64,000 nt of DNA from Chloroflexota bacterium. Its GTDB lineage: Bacteria > Chloroflexota > Dehalococcoidia > Lucifugimonadales > UBA3495. The stretch spans positions 12,746-76,745 of the forward strand of contig JAQBVF010000019.1 of assembly GCA_027623675.1 (NCBI GenBank), in the 5' to 3' direction. Positions 29,565-39,217 of this stretch are shown here, piece after piece (within the stretch, counting starts at the first letter, position 1; every line of letters starts with the position of its first letter). Position numbers and translations under genes: made by a program. Under the pieces are notes generated by a model. The model worked only from the letters and a program-made list of their open reading frames with translations, had not been told where the DNA came from and searched no databases.

Positions 29565-30254
29565 ATGGAGATAAGACTCGGCAGCTTGGTGCGTGACGCC
29601 CAGGAGGCCCAGGGAACGGCCATCATCATCGACGTTTTCCGGGCGTTTACCACGGCGGCCATCGCCTTCGACCACGGAGCCAAAGAGATCACCCTGGTGG
29701 CCGAACCGGAGGAGGCCCTGGAACTCCACCGCCGGGGCATCGGCGACTACCTGATGGGCGAGGTCGCCGGCAAACGCCCCGAGGGTTTCGACTTTGGCAA
29801 CTCGCCACATGAGATATCCCAAGCCGACGTGGCCGGCAAGACCCTGGTCCAGTCCACCAGGGCCGGCACGGTGGGGGTGGCGGCGGCGAAGAACGCGGCG
29901 GAGATATACCTGGGGTCGTTCGTGGTCGCCCAGGCCACCGTGGACGCCATCAGAAGTGACGCGCCGGACCTGGTTTCCATCATCGCCATGGGCGACCAGG
30001 GGGTGGTCCGCTCCGACGAGGACGAGCACTGCGGGATCTACCTGCGGAACCTGATGGAGGGGCGAAAGCCGGACTTCGAGGCGGTGAAGACGCTGATCCT
30101 GAAGGGCGGCGCAACCCAGAAATTCTTCGACCCCACCCAGCCCCAATACCACCCCGAGGACGTGACCCTGGCTTTGGAGGCAGACCGCTACCCCTTCGCC
30201 ATGAAGATCAGCCGGGAAGACGGACTGCTCGTTGCCCGGAAAGTCGGGGGTTAG
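29565..30254 (+). CDS. comB: 2-phosphosulfolactate phosphatase family
   Basis: IIDVFRAFTT, GFDFGNSP, EDEHCG. Confidence 0.85.
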   Translation: MEIRLGSLVRDAQEAQGTAIIIDVFRAFTTAAIAFDHGAKEITLVAEPEEALELHRRGIGDYLMGEVAGKRPEGFDFGNSPHEISQADVAGKTLVQSTRAGTVGVAAAKNAAEIYLGSFVVAQATVDAIRSDAPDLVSIIAMGDQGVVRSDEDEHCGIYLRNLMEGRKPDFEAVKTLILKGGATQKFFDPTQPQYHPEDVTLALEADRYPFAMKISREDGLLVARKVGG

Positions 30255-30255
30255 C

Positions 30256-31371
30256 CTAGAATCGGTCCAAGAGCAGATGCTCTGCCCCCGAGACGTCTGT
30301 TTTGCCGTCGGAGACCAGGTCAAACACGATGTGGGCCATCCCGGTGCTCCAGAGGATGCCCTTGCGGCCCGCCCCGGTGGCGACGTATAGGTTGTCCCAC
30401 CCGGTAACCTTGTCCACTATCGGCAGACCGTCGCCGGACAGAGGGCGCAAGCAGGCCGTCTGCTGTACCAGTTCGGCCTCGTACATGCCGGGAATCATCT
30501 TTAGCAAATCGCCCATGATACTGTCTCTGGCGGCGATCGTAACCGTCTCTTCAAACCCGGATTCTTCCTCGGTGGTGCCGGCCCAGATCAGCCCGTCCGG
30601 CTTGGTGGCCACGTAACTGTGGCTGTAGTTAACGGCCAGGTTCAGAGGCTGTTTCCCGGACCTTAGCCGCAGTATCTGTCCCTTGAGCGGCGTCACGGGT
30701 ATGTCCACGCCGCACCAGGCCCCGGCTTGCCCGGTCCAGGGGCCCATTGCCAGGATCACCACGCCGGCGTCGACGCGCCCGTTCTCCAACTGGACTCCGG
30801 TGCACCGGCCACCTTCGGTAATCAGACCGGTGGCTTGGCGCTGAATCACCTCCGCGCCGTGCCGCTCGGCGGCGCGCATGGCGGCCAGCACGAACCGGTA
30901 CGGCTCAAGCGCGCCCGGACTCTGCTCGTAGAGCGCGCCCAAACATTCGGGGCTAACCTGCGGCTCCAAGCGGCGGGCTTGGGCATTGTCCACCCACTCG
31001 ACGTGGAACCCGCCCACGGCCTTCATCCATTCGATGTTATTCTTGATCGCCGCGGCCTCGCCGTCTTCGAACGCCAGGTGCAGCCGGTCACGCAGCTCGA
31101 AGCCCACGTCAACGCCGGTCTGCTCTTGGAGTTCCCTGGCCAGGCTCCGGTGGCGGCCGTAGCACCACAGGCTGAACTCCAACAGCGGCTCGGGCATGCC
31201 GACGCCGGTCAACGGGTCCAAGCCTCCGAAGGCAAAGCCGGAGGCATGGCTGCCCACCGAGTCCTTCTCCAAGATCGTTACCTTGAAGCCGCGGCGGCCC
31301 AGTAGATAGGCGCTGAGGCAGGCTACGATTCCGCCGCCGATGATCACGACGTCGCGCGAATTGCTGGTCAA
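30256..31371 (-). CDS. FAD-dependent oxidoreductase (glycine oxidase ThiO/DadA family)
   Basis: VVIIGGGIV, PLKGQI, LRPLSGDGLP, ATGAGRKGI. Confidence 0.85.
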   Translation of the reverse strand: MTSNSRDVVIIGGGIVACLSAYLLGRRGFKVTILEKDSVGSHASGFAFGGLDPLTGVGMPEPLLEFSLWCYGRHRSLARELQEQTGVDVGFELRDRLHLAFEDGEAAAIKNNIEWMKAVGGFHVEWVDNAQARRLEPQVSPECLGALYEQSPGALEPYRFVLAAMRAAERHGAEVIQRQATGLITEGGRCTGVQLENGRVDAGVVILAMGPWTGQAGAWCGVDIPVTPLKGQILRLRSGKQPLNLAVNYSHSYVATKPDGLIWAGTTEEESGFEETVTIAARDSIMGDLLKMIPGMYEAELVQQTACLRPLSGDGLPIVDKVTGWDNLYVATGAGRKGILWSTGMAHIVFDLVSDGKTDVSGAEHLLLDRF

Positions 31372-31476
31372 ACTATCCTCTCTTGTCTTGCTTCCCGCCG
31401 GCCCTCTTTTCCACGGTCTGGTTGGAAGGGCCGATAGGGACTTTTATATCAGTTTCAGAGCTTACCACAGGCCTGA

Positions 31477-32319
31477 TCATAGACCCTTGAACCAGACCTC
31501 GAACCGGTCCAGATGGGCGTTGTCGCCGCGTACCGTCAGCCTGCCGGCGTTGATGCCGTCTGCCGCACTCAGGCGTCCGTAGGTGAACAGCAGGTAGTCC
31601 TGTTTCGACGCTACTAATGTCAGGTCGGCCCCGGATGCATCTCCGTCATCCACGTGGAAATCGTCCCCGGTTACGGTCATGTGACTGCGCCCAGATTCCA
31701 CGACGAATTTGTAGACCACCGGCTTGGATAATGGCGCCGACGGCCGGAAACACATCCTCAGCCACCGTGGCGTCATGTCCAGCAGCACCGGGACGCAATC
31801 GGCGTCGATCTTGGCATCGTTTTCGAATGCGGAGCGGATGTCCCAATCGTGGATGCCCAATTCCTGGATGCGCAGCTCCACGTAGGCCGCCGCCGTCATG
31901 GCCCCCCGGCGCGCGTGCCAGCACAGGGTGTCCCAAGAGCCGTCGGCAAAGGAGTCAAACTGGCTGTGGAGCGCTTCGTAGCTGGCGTCGAAAGACTCGA
32001 GGAATCTTCCGGCCAACTGGTTGCGGCGGTTGATGTCGCGTTGCGCGTTGGCTGCGGACAGCGCCGCTGGTCCCGCAGGCACGAACCCGGCCGGCGGGTT
32101 GGAGTCGCCGCCCCGGCCGCGCTCCATGCTCTCGGCCTGCCGTTCGGCGCCGCCGATCAGGTGGGCCACCACATCTCGGACCTGCCATTCGGCGCAGGCG
32201 CTGGGCAACTCCCACTGCGGTGGCGTCAACTCGCCCAGATACCCTCTTATGTTCGTGGCCAGTTGCTTGGCCACCGCCACACGCCGTTCGATCTCCGTTA
32301 GGCCGCTGGGCTTGGTCAT
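31477..32319 (-). CDS. maleylpyruvate isomerase (MDMPI) family protein
   Basis: PSACAEWQVRDVVAHL, ELGIHDWDIR. Confidence 0.85.
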   Translation of the reverse strand: MTKPSGLTEIERRVAVAKQLATNIRGYLGELTPPQWELPSACAEWQVRDVVAHLIGGAERQAESMERGRGGDSNPPAGFVPAGPAALSAANAQRDINRRNQLAGRFLESFDASYEALHSQFDSFADGSWDTLCWHARRGAMTAAAYVELRIQELGIHDWDIRSAFENDAKIDADCVPVLLDMTPRWLRMCFRPSAPLSKPVVYKFVVESGRSHMTVTGDDFHVDDGDASGADLTLVASKQDYLLFTYGRLSAADGINAGRLTVRGDNAHLDRFEVWFKGL

Positions 32320-32453
32320 GTCACCTGCTCCCCTCATGGCCGATGGCCGGTGGCGTCGATACCGGCGTTCTTGTACAATCACGCCATAATTCACACTAGA
32401 AATCTCGCCAGAAATCACCGCAGCAATCGCCGTCCCAAAAGGATCTTTCAGCC

Positions 32454-33680
32454 ATGAAATTGTGCTTCTTTCACCTGATGCCCTACCAGGACCTGCCCGA
32501 TAGCTTCGAGAAAGATTATCACAGCGTGTGGGTGGACGCACCCAACTCCCTTTTCAATCCCGAAAAGGCCCACCACATGTACAACGATTTCCTGGACGAG
32601 TTGGAGTACGCCGAGGCCATGGGCTTCGACGCCATCTGTGTAAACGAGCACCACGGCAATGCCTACGGAATGATGCCCTCTCCCAACCTGATGGCCTCGG
32701 CCATGGTCCGGGCGACGTCCCGGGCCGCCGTGGTGGTGCTGGGCAACAGCTTGGCCCTCTACAACCCGCCCATCAGGGTCGCCGAAGAGATGGCCATGCT
32801 GGACGTGATGAGCGGCGGACGGCTGATCGCGGGGTTCCCCCTGGGCACCGCCATGGACACCATCTTCGGCTACGGCCAGGTGCCCGTGACCCTGCGGGAG
32901 AAGTACCAAGAGGCCCACGACCTGGTGATGAAAGCTTGGAAGGAGCGGGAACCATTCTCGTGGAACGGCAAATACAGCCAGCTCCGTTACGTAAACATCT
33001 GGCCCCGCCCCTACCAGCAGCCCCATCCGCCCATCTGGGTGCCGGGCAGCGGCAGCCTGGAGACCTGGGACTGGACCATCAAGAACGACTACGTGTACTG
33101 CTATCTCAGCTATTCCGGATACAAGGTGGGCAAGACCATCTTGGACGGGTTCTGGGATGAGATGGAGCGGCAGGGAAAAGAGTTCAATCCCTACCACGCC
33201 GGGTTCCTCCAATTGGTCGCGGTGTCTGAGACCGACGAACAGGCCGAAGAGTACAAGGATTCCATCGAGTATTTCTTCAAGAAGAGCCTGCACATACCCG
33301 CCGGATTCGGCAACCCGCCCGGCTACCGCTCGGTCAGGACCAACGCCTCCCAGGCCGGTGCCACAACCACGGATTCCAGGACCAAGCAGCTCAGCGACTT
33401 CACCTGGACCGACTACCTGGAGGCCGGAAACGTTATCGTTGGCAGTCCGGAGACGGTGCGCCAGGAGTTGACCCACGCCATCAAGGAATTACGTGTCGGC
33501 AACCTGATGCTGCTCCTCCAGTTCGGCGACATGCCGAAAGAGCTGGCCATGAAGAACACTACCCTGTTCGCCAACGAGGTCATGCCTCACTTGAGGGACA
33601 TCTGGTCGAAATACGAGACCCGCTGGTGGCCCAAGAAGCTGAGCGGCGTCCAGACTGGCGGGCAGAGCGCGGGCCGGTAG
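32454..33680 (+). CDS. LLM-class flavin-dependent monooxygenase
   Basis: [35 protein letters not shown]. Confidence 0.92.
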   Translation: MKLCFFHLMPYQDLPDSFEKDYHSVWVDAPNSLFNPEKAHHMYNDFLDELEYAEAMGFDAICVNEHHGNAYGMMPSPNLMASAMVRATSRAAVVVLGNSLALYNPPIRVAEEMAMLDVMSGGRLIAGFPLGTAMDTIFGYGQVPVTLREKYQEAHDLVMKAWKEREPFSWNGKYSQLRYVNIWPRPYQQPHPPIWVPGSGSLETWDWTIKNDYVYCYLSYSGYKVGKTILDGFWDEMERQGKEFNPYHAGFLQLVAVSETDEQAEEYKDSIEYFFKKSLHIPAGFGNPPGYRSVRTNASQAGATTTDSRTKQLSDFTWTDYLEAGNVIVGSPETVRQELTHAIKELRVGNLMLLLQFGDMPKELAMKNTTLFANEVMPHLRDIWSKYETRWWPKKLSGVQTGGQSAGR

Positions 33681-33696
33681 TGAGAGCGGGCCAATC

Positions 33697-34578
33697 ATGA
33701 CTGCAGAAGCCATCTCCGCCCACGACCCCTATTCCCGGCAGCGTGTTGCCGCCGGCGGCGTCGAGATGGCCTACGTGGACGTGGGAGACGGCAGCCCGGT
33801 GGTGTTCCTACACGGCAACCCCACGTCGTCCTACCTGTGGCGCAACATCATCCCCCAACTTGAGTCCGTGGGCCGCTGCCTGGCCCCGGACCTCGCAGGC
33901 ATGGGCGAGTCGGGAAGCACACCCAACGGCGCCTACCGGTTCACCGACCACAGCTCATGCCTCGATCAATGGTTCGAGGCGATGGGCCTGACCAGCGATG
34001 TTACCTTGGTGCTGCACGACTGGGGTTCGGCCCTGGGGTTCCACTGGGCCAAGCGCCATCAACAGCGGGTGAAGGGCCTGGTTTACATGGAGGCCATCGT
34101 CCGGCCGGTGACCTGGGAGGAATGGCCGGACGCCGCCCGTCAGGTGTTCCAGGGATTCCGCTCTCCTGCAGGCGAGGAAATGGCGCTGGAGAAGAATGTC
34201 TTCGTGGAACGGGTCTTGCCGGGCAGCGTGCTCCGGGGCCTGACCGAGGCCGAGATGGAGGTCTACCGCCGTCCCTATCTCCAACCGGGGGAGTCGCGGA
34301 GACCCACCCTGACCTGGCCCAGGGAGATTCCCATCGAGGGCCAACCGGCCGACGTTACCCAGGTCGTGGCCGAGTACGCCGAGTGGCTGGCCGGCAGCCA
34401 GGTGCCCAAGCTGTTCGTCAACGCCGAGCCGGGAGCCATATTGACCGGACCGCAGCGGGAGTTCTGCCGCTCGTGGCCCAACCAGAGAGAGGTCACGGTC
34501 AAAGGGAGCCATTTCATACAGGAAGACTCACCGGTGGAGATCGGCCAAGCCATTGCCCAGTGGTATGGGACGCTCTAG
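33697..34578 (+). CDS. dhaA: haloalkane dehalogenase
   Basis: [17 protein letters not shown], nucleophile [32 protein letters not shown]. Confidence 0.92.
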   Translation: MTAEAISAHDPYSRQRVAAGGVEMAYVDVGDGSPVVFLHGNPTSSYLWRNIIPQLESVGRCLAPDLAGMGESGSTPNGAYRFTDHSSCLDQWFEAMGLTSDVTLVLHDWGSALGFHWAKRHQQRVKGLVYMEAIVRPVTWEEWPDAARQVFQGFRSPAGEEMALEKNVFVERVLPGSVLRGLTEAEMEVYRRPYLQPGESRRPTLTWPREIPIEGQPADVTQVVAEYAEWLAGSQVPKLFVNAEPGAILTGPQREFCRSWPNQREVTVKGSHFIQEDSPVEIGQAIAQWYGTL

Positions 34579-34839
34579 TGGCCGGCCGTAAGGGAGTCCG
34601 TTATGGCAGAATTGCAAAGCCTTGGCCCGCCCCTCGTCCAGAATCTGTCGAAGGAACTGGCCCAGGAGAGCTTGGTCCGTCGACGTCTGCCACGAACGGG
34701 TGGCAAGTCCAGGCCCTTAACCATTCAACCGATCACCCAGAGCTTGTCAAAAAGCCTGTTCAAGCCGGTCTGATGGCCTGGACGCGAAACAACCTTGGCT
34801 TACCTATAGCGGTGGTTCGACGGGCTTGTATTATAGCGG

Positions 34840-34985
34840 CGAGAGAGGGGCGTAGAGACCGGCGACGGGCAAGGGCGAAAGAGCCCGGTGTTGAGATAGG
34901 GTCCCCCCTCCGTACCTGCAGAGTGCGAACAGCATCCTGGGCCAAAGAGCCCGCATCAGCAAGGTTGCAGCGCAGGCAACGGAAG
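34840..34985 (+). ncRNA. putative IS110 bridge RNA (ends approximate)
   Basis: Two stem-closed internal loops; guides CGACGGGC (34863-34870) and TGTTGAG (34889-34895) match the target; ACAGCATC (34929-34936) and GCAAG (34959-34963) match the donor junction. Confidence 0.85.
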
Positions 34986-35014
34986 GACCGCCCCAGGGAT
35001 AGTGAGGAGGAGTG

Positions 35015-36004
35015 ATGCACCAATACATCGGAGTGGACGTGGCCTCTGGGACTCTGGAAGTGGCGGCGGCCCGTCAGAAAAAGACCAAGCGGTTCCCCAA
35101 CACCCCAGGGGGTATCAGCGATCTTAGACTTTGGCTAGACCGGTTCGGCAGCTTGACTGGCCTGCACCTGGTGGTGGAGCCCACCAGCACCTACCACCAT
35201 CACTTGGTGGAATCCATGGCCCAGTGGGGTGTCCCTTACACCCTGATTAACCCAGCCAATACGGCGGCCTTCGCCAGGGTCCAGGGGCTGAGGGCCAAGA
35301 CCGACCCGGTGGATGCCCGCCTTCTGGCGGCCTACGGTGAGAGTCAACAACCGGCCCCCAGTCCGCACCCTGAGCAAGACCAAGAAAGCCTCAAGTCATT
35401 GCGCCGGCACCGGGAGTGGTTGGAGAAAGAGCGCCGGGCGGCTGGCAACCGCTTGGAAACGGCGGCGCGCTCCCCATGGACGTCACCTTCTGTGTTGGAG
35501 AGTCTGAAACGGACCATGGAGGGCCTGGATGAGGAACTGGGGCGTATCGCCGCGGAGGAGGAACGCGAGTTGACGGAGAAACCCGGCTGGTCCCAGGAGG
35601 TTAGTTGGCTCGGCACCATCCCTGGCATCGGCAAGAAGACGGCCATGATGATAGTCAGCGAACTGCCGCCGGTGTCCCGGTGTACCCGGTCCAAGTAGTG
35701 GGTGGCGTTTTGCGGGGTGAACCCGGAGCCCAGGGAATCGGGGAAAGCCCAATGGAGCAGGTTGTCGCGGAAGGGGTCGGCCCGCATCCGGGCGGTACTC
35801 TACATGGCGGCGGTGAGTTCGCTCAGGTGCAACCCAGAAACCATGGCGCTGTCGGCCAGGTTGAAGGAGAAGGGCAAGCCTGGCAAGGTGAGGATCTTGG
35901 CGGTGATGAACAAGCTGCTGCGGATCTGCTTTGGGGTGCTAAAGCACCAGCGGCCCTACGACCCTAGCTGGGGCCGGGCTTTGACCCCAGAATCAACTGC
36001 TTGA
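35015..36004 (+). pseudogene. IS110 DEDD recombinase with one in-frame TAG (35696-35698)
   Basis: YIGVDVA, VEPTSTY, AKTDPVDA (DEDD); IPGIGKK; after the TAG, WVAFCGVNP-PRESG and GSARIRAVLYMAA; GAGGAGG RBS. Confidence 0.9.
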
Positions 36005-36090
36005 CATCTATTACAGCATCTCACCACGAGCGGATGAAATGCGTCACAACAACGCCAAGTCAAGATAGACTAGATAGATAAATCCGCCTG

Positions 36091-36158
36091 CGCTCATGGT
36101 GAGCTTGTCGAACCACCGTTGCGCCGCTGAGGTCCTTCGACAGGCTCAGGATGAGCGG
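36091..36158. repeat. inverted pair of REP-like repeats
   Basis: CGCTCATGGTGAGCTTGTCGAACCAC and GTCCTTCGACAGGCTCAGGATGAGCGG. Confidence 0.8.
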
Positions 36159-36230
36159 CGGCGCTGACGCTGAACAACGCCAAGCGTAATCGCTGAAAGC
36201 TAAAGACTGACAGCTCGTAACGGAGAACAC

Positions 36231-37016
36231 ATGCCGGAGACCATGAACATATCCCTGAGGGGCGGCGATATCGAGGCCGTGGTGCTGAAAGACGGCAGCG
36301 GTCCGCCCCTGCTGTACCTCCACGGGGCCGTGGGGCAGAAGGGCTGGGCGCCGTTCTTGGGCGCCCTGGCCAAACAGTTCACGGTCTATGCGCCCTACCT
36401 TCCCGGCTATGGGAAGTCCAACGGCCTGGACAAACTGGACGATGTGACCGACCTGACTCTCCACCATTTCGAGCTTCTGGACGCCCTGGGCGTTGCCAAG
36501 GCCCATGTGGTGGGGCATTTCCTCGGCGGGATGATCGCCGCCGAGATGGCCGCGCTGTCGCCCAGTTATGTCGACCGGCTGGTGCTGGCCGCGCCCGCCG
36601 GCACCTGGCGCGACTCGGAGCCGGTGGCCGACCTTTTGTCCATGACCGCCAACCAACTGCAAGACAACCTATGGTCGTCGGCCTCCAGCTCCATGAGCCT
36701 GTCTCCCGCCGATTTCGAGGCCAACTCCCGCTTGAAGGCTGAGTTGGCCGCCGACCGGATGCAGGACCTGACCGCCGCCGGGAAGTTCCTCTGGCCCATA
36801 CCCGACCGGGGGCTGAAACGGCGGGCCTACCGCATCAAAGCGCCGACGCTGGTGCTGTGGGGCGAGAACGACCGCATCATTCCCCCGGTCTACGCCGAGG
36901 ACTTCACCCGGCTGATCTCCGGCGCCCAGGTGTCGGTCATCCCCAATGCCGGGCATCTGCTGATGATCGAACGGGCCGAGGTATTCGCCGCCTCCGTGGC
37001 GGATTTCCTGAGCTAA
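36231..37016 (+). CDS. alpha/beta hydrolase fold protein lacking the nucleophile (GHFLGG)
   Basis: LYLHGA, PGYG, GHFLGG, PTLVLWGEND, AGH. Confidence 0.85.
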   Translation: MPETMNISLRGGDIEAVVLKDGSGPPLLYLHGAVGQKGWAPFLGALAKQFTVYAPYLPGYGKSNGLDKLDDVTDLTLHHFELLDALGVAKAHVVGHFLGGMIAAEMAALSPSYVDRLVLAAPAGTWRDSEPVADLLSMTANQLQDNLWSSASSSMSLSPADFEANSRLKAELAADRMQDLTAAGKFLWPIPDRGLKRRAYRIKAPTLVLWGENDRIIPPVYAEDFTRLISGAQVSVIPNAGHLLMIERAEVFAASVADFLS

Positions 37017-37072
37017 CAGGGCCAGAACACGAAACAAAAAAACGCGGGCTTTCGGGCTTTACAGAGGTATTG

Positions 37073-37921
37073 ATGGCACTCCAACCCCATGACCAACTAT
37101 CGGCGCTGGAAAACCTGCTCCAGGAGATGGGCTCGGTGGTAACCGCATTCTCCGGCGGAGTGGATAGCACCTTGGTCGCCGTGGCAGCCCACCGCGTTCT
37201 GGGGCCCAAGGCCCTGGCGGTTACCGCTGTGTCCCCGGCCCTGGCCCGGCGCGAACTCGACGAGGCTGTCGGCCTGGCCAAACGGTTCGGGTTGGCCCAC
37301 CGGACCATCAGCACCAACGAGATGGACCGGGAAGGTTACGTGGCCAATTCTCCGAAGCGGTGCTACTTCTGCAAGACCGAGCTTTATGGTCAACTCGCCA
37401 GCCTGGCCGGCGCCGAAGACTACGCCTGGGTGGCCAACGGCGCCAACACCGACGACCAAGGCGACTACCGGCCCGGGATGGTGGCCGCGGCGGAGAACCG
37501 GGTGCGCAGTCCCATGGTGGAGGCCGGCCTGACCAAGGCCGATGTGCGCGCCATCGCCAAGATACTGGACATACCCATCTGGGACAAACCGGCCCAGCCC
37601 TGCCTTTCGTCGCGCATCCCCTACGGAACGCCGGTTACCATCGAGAACCTGTCGAAGATTGAGCAGGCGGAGGACTACCTGCGGGGCCAGGGATTCAAAG
37701 AGGTGCGCGCCAGGCACCACGACCGCCTCTGCCGCATCGAGTTGGCCGAGGACGAGATGGAACTGGCATTTCAACTACGGCACGAGATTGTCGCCTCCCT
37801 CAAAAAGATCGGTTACCTTTGGGTCTCGATGGACCTGGCCGGACTGCGTTCGGGCAGCCTGAACGACCAGTTGAATCTCCGGCCCCAAACAACAGGGACC
37901 GGGCAGAACGCTAAAACATGA
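37073..37921 (+). CDS. larE: ATP-dependent sulfur transferase LarE
   Basis: PP-loop AFSGGVDS, RCYFCK, DYRPG, WDKPAQPCLSSRIPYG, GSLN. Confidence 0.93.
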   Translation: MALQPHDQLSALENLLQEMGSVVTAFSGGVDSTLVAVAAHRVLGPKALAVTAVSPALARRELDEAVGLAKRFGLAHRTISTNEMDREGYVANSPKRCYFCKTELYGQLASLAGAEDYAWVANGANTDDQGDYRPGMVAAAENRVRSPMVEAGLTKADVRAIAKILDIPIWDKPAQPCLSSRIPYGTPVTIENLSKIEQAEDYLRGQGFKEVRARHHDRLCRIELAEDEMELAFQLRHEIVASLKKIGYLWVSMDLAGLRSGSLNDQLNLRPQTTGTGQNAKT

Positions 37922-39123
37922 GGATCGCCTATTTCCAGCCGATCGGCGGGGCCAGCGGCGACATGATGCTGGGCGCCCTGACCGACCTTGGCGTGCCCAT
38001 CGAGCATCTGGAAGCCCAACTGGCCATGCTGAACGTGGGCGGCTACCGCCTGGAAGCCCGCCAGGAGACGCGCTGCGAGATGCGGGGCACCTACTTGAAG
38101 GTCGAACTGGAAGACCAGACCCGCTACTCCCCCAAACACCTGTTGGCGACGGTGGCGGGCAGCAGCCTGTCTCAGGCGGTTAAAGAGCAGTCATGCCAGG
38201 TGCTGGATGCGCTGTGGCGGGCCGAAAGCCGCGTGCACGGTGAAGCACTCGACGTCTTGGAGCTTGAGGAACTGGGCAGCGTGGACACTCTGGTCGACGT
38301 TGTTGGTTCGGCCATCGGCTTCGAGTACCTGGGCGTGGAGGGGTTCCACGCCGCGCCGTTGGTCATCGGAAATTCGAGCCCTCCCCGCCGTGCCGGCGGC
38401 TATTCCAACCCCGCTCCGGCCACTCTGGAGCTGATCGCCGCCACCGGAGCGACGGTCGCTGCCGAAAACCCCATGTACGAGAGAGCGGGAGAACTGACCA
38501 CCCCCACCGGCGCCGCCCTGATCACCACCCTGGCCGCTTTCAACCGCCCCGCCTTCGCCGTGGACCGGGTCGGCCTGGGACTGGGGACCAAGGACCCGGC
38601 CGAGTTCCCCAACGCCCTCAGGGTCTGGCTGGGTGAGACGGCACCCGCGGAACAGGCAGGGCCGGACCTGGGCGTGCAGCAGGGCCAAGTGGTGTTGCTG
38701 GAAACCAACCTGGACGACGTCTCGGGGCTGGTATTGGGCTACACCCAAGAGCGGCTCTTCGCCATCGGCGCGCTCGACGTGTGGCACACCCCTGTCCAGA
38801 TGAAGAAGAACCGGCCCGGCGTGGTGCTATCGGCCCTGGTGCCCAAGGACATCGAAAGAGATGCGTCGGAATTGATCCTGCGGGAGACGCCCACGCTGGG
38901 CATCCGCACCCGCCTGGTCGACCGCTATGTGGCCGGCCGGGAGATGGTCACCATCCAGACCGGCCTGGGGCCCGTCGCCGTGAAGGTAAAGATGCTGGAC
39001 GGCCAAGCTATCGGCGCATCGCCGGAGCCTGACGACGTCCGGCGCATCGCCCTGGAAACCGGGACGCCATTTCAAGAGGTCTACCAACGGACCAGCGAGG
39101 AAGCACGAAGGCAGTTGCTTTAG
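37918..39123 (+). CDS. larC: nickel insertase LarC
   Basis: GASGDMMLGAL, GELTTPTGAA, ETNLDD, MKKNRPG, ETPTLGIR. Confidence 0.92.
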   Translation: MRIAYFQPIGGASGDMMLGALTDLGVPIEHLEAQLAMLNVGGYRLEARQETRCEMRGTYLKVELEDQTRYSPKHLLATVAGSSLSQAVKEQSCQVLDALWRAESRVHGEALDVLELEELGSVDTLVDVVGSAIGFEYLGVEGFHAAPLVIGNSSPPRRAGGYSNPAPATLELIAATGATVAAENPMYERAGELTTPTGAALITTLAAFNRPAFAVDRVGLGLGTKDPAEFPNALRVWLGETAPAEQAGPDLGVQQGQVVLLETNLDDVSGLVLGYTQERLFAIGALDVWHTPVQMKKNRPGVVLSALVPKDIERDASELILRETPTLGIRTRLVDRYVAGREMVTIQTGLGPVAVKVKMLDGQAIGASPEPDDVRRIALETGTPFQEVYQRTSEEARRQLL

Positions 39124-39217
39124 GCGGCGTCCCCCTGGAATCCAGATACGCCGGCATTAGCGTAAATCATTCCGTGGGGCCGCCTGTCGGGAACAAGGCG
39201 AGAACAGGAGAAACACC

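Larger units (their letters stand above)
34825..36021 (+). mobile_element. IS110-family (IS621-like) insertion sequence inserted in a REP-like repeat
   Basis: CT core at 34825-34826 and 36020-36021; removing the element restores GTGGTTCGACGGG-CT-CACCACGAGCGG, matching 27089-27115. Confidence 0.92.
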
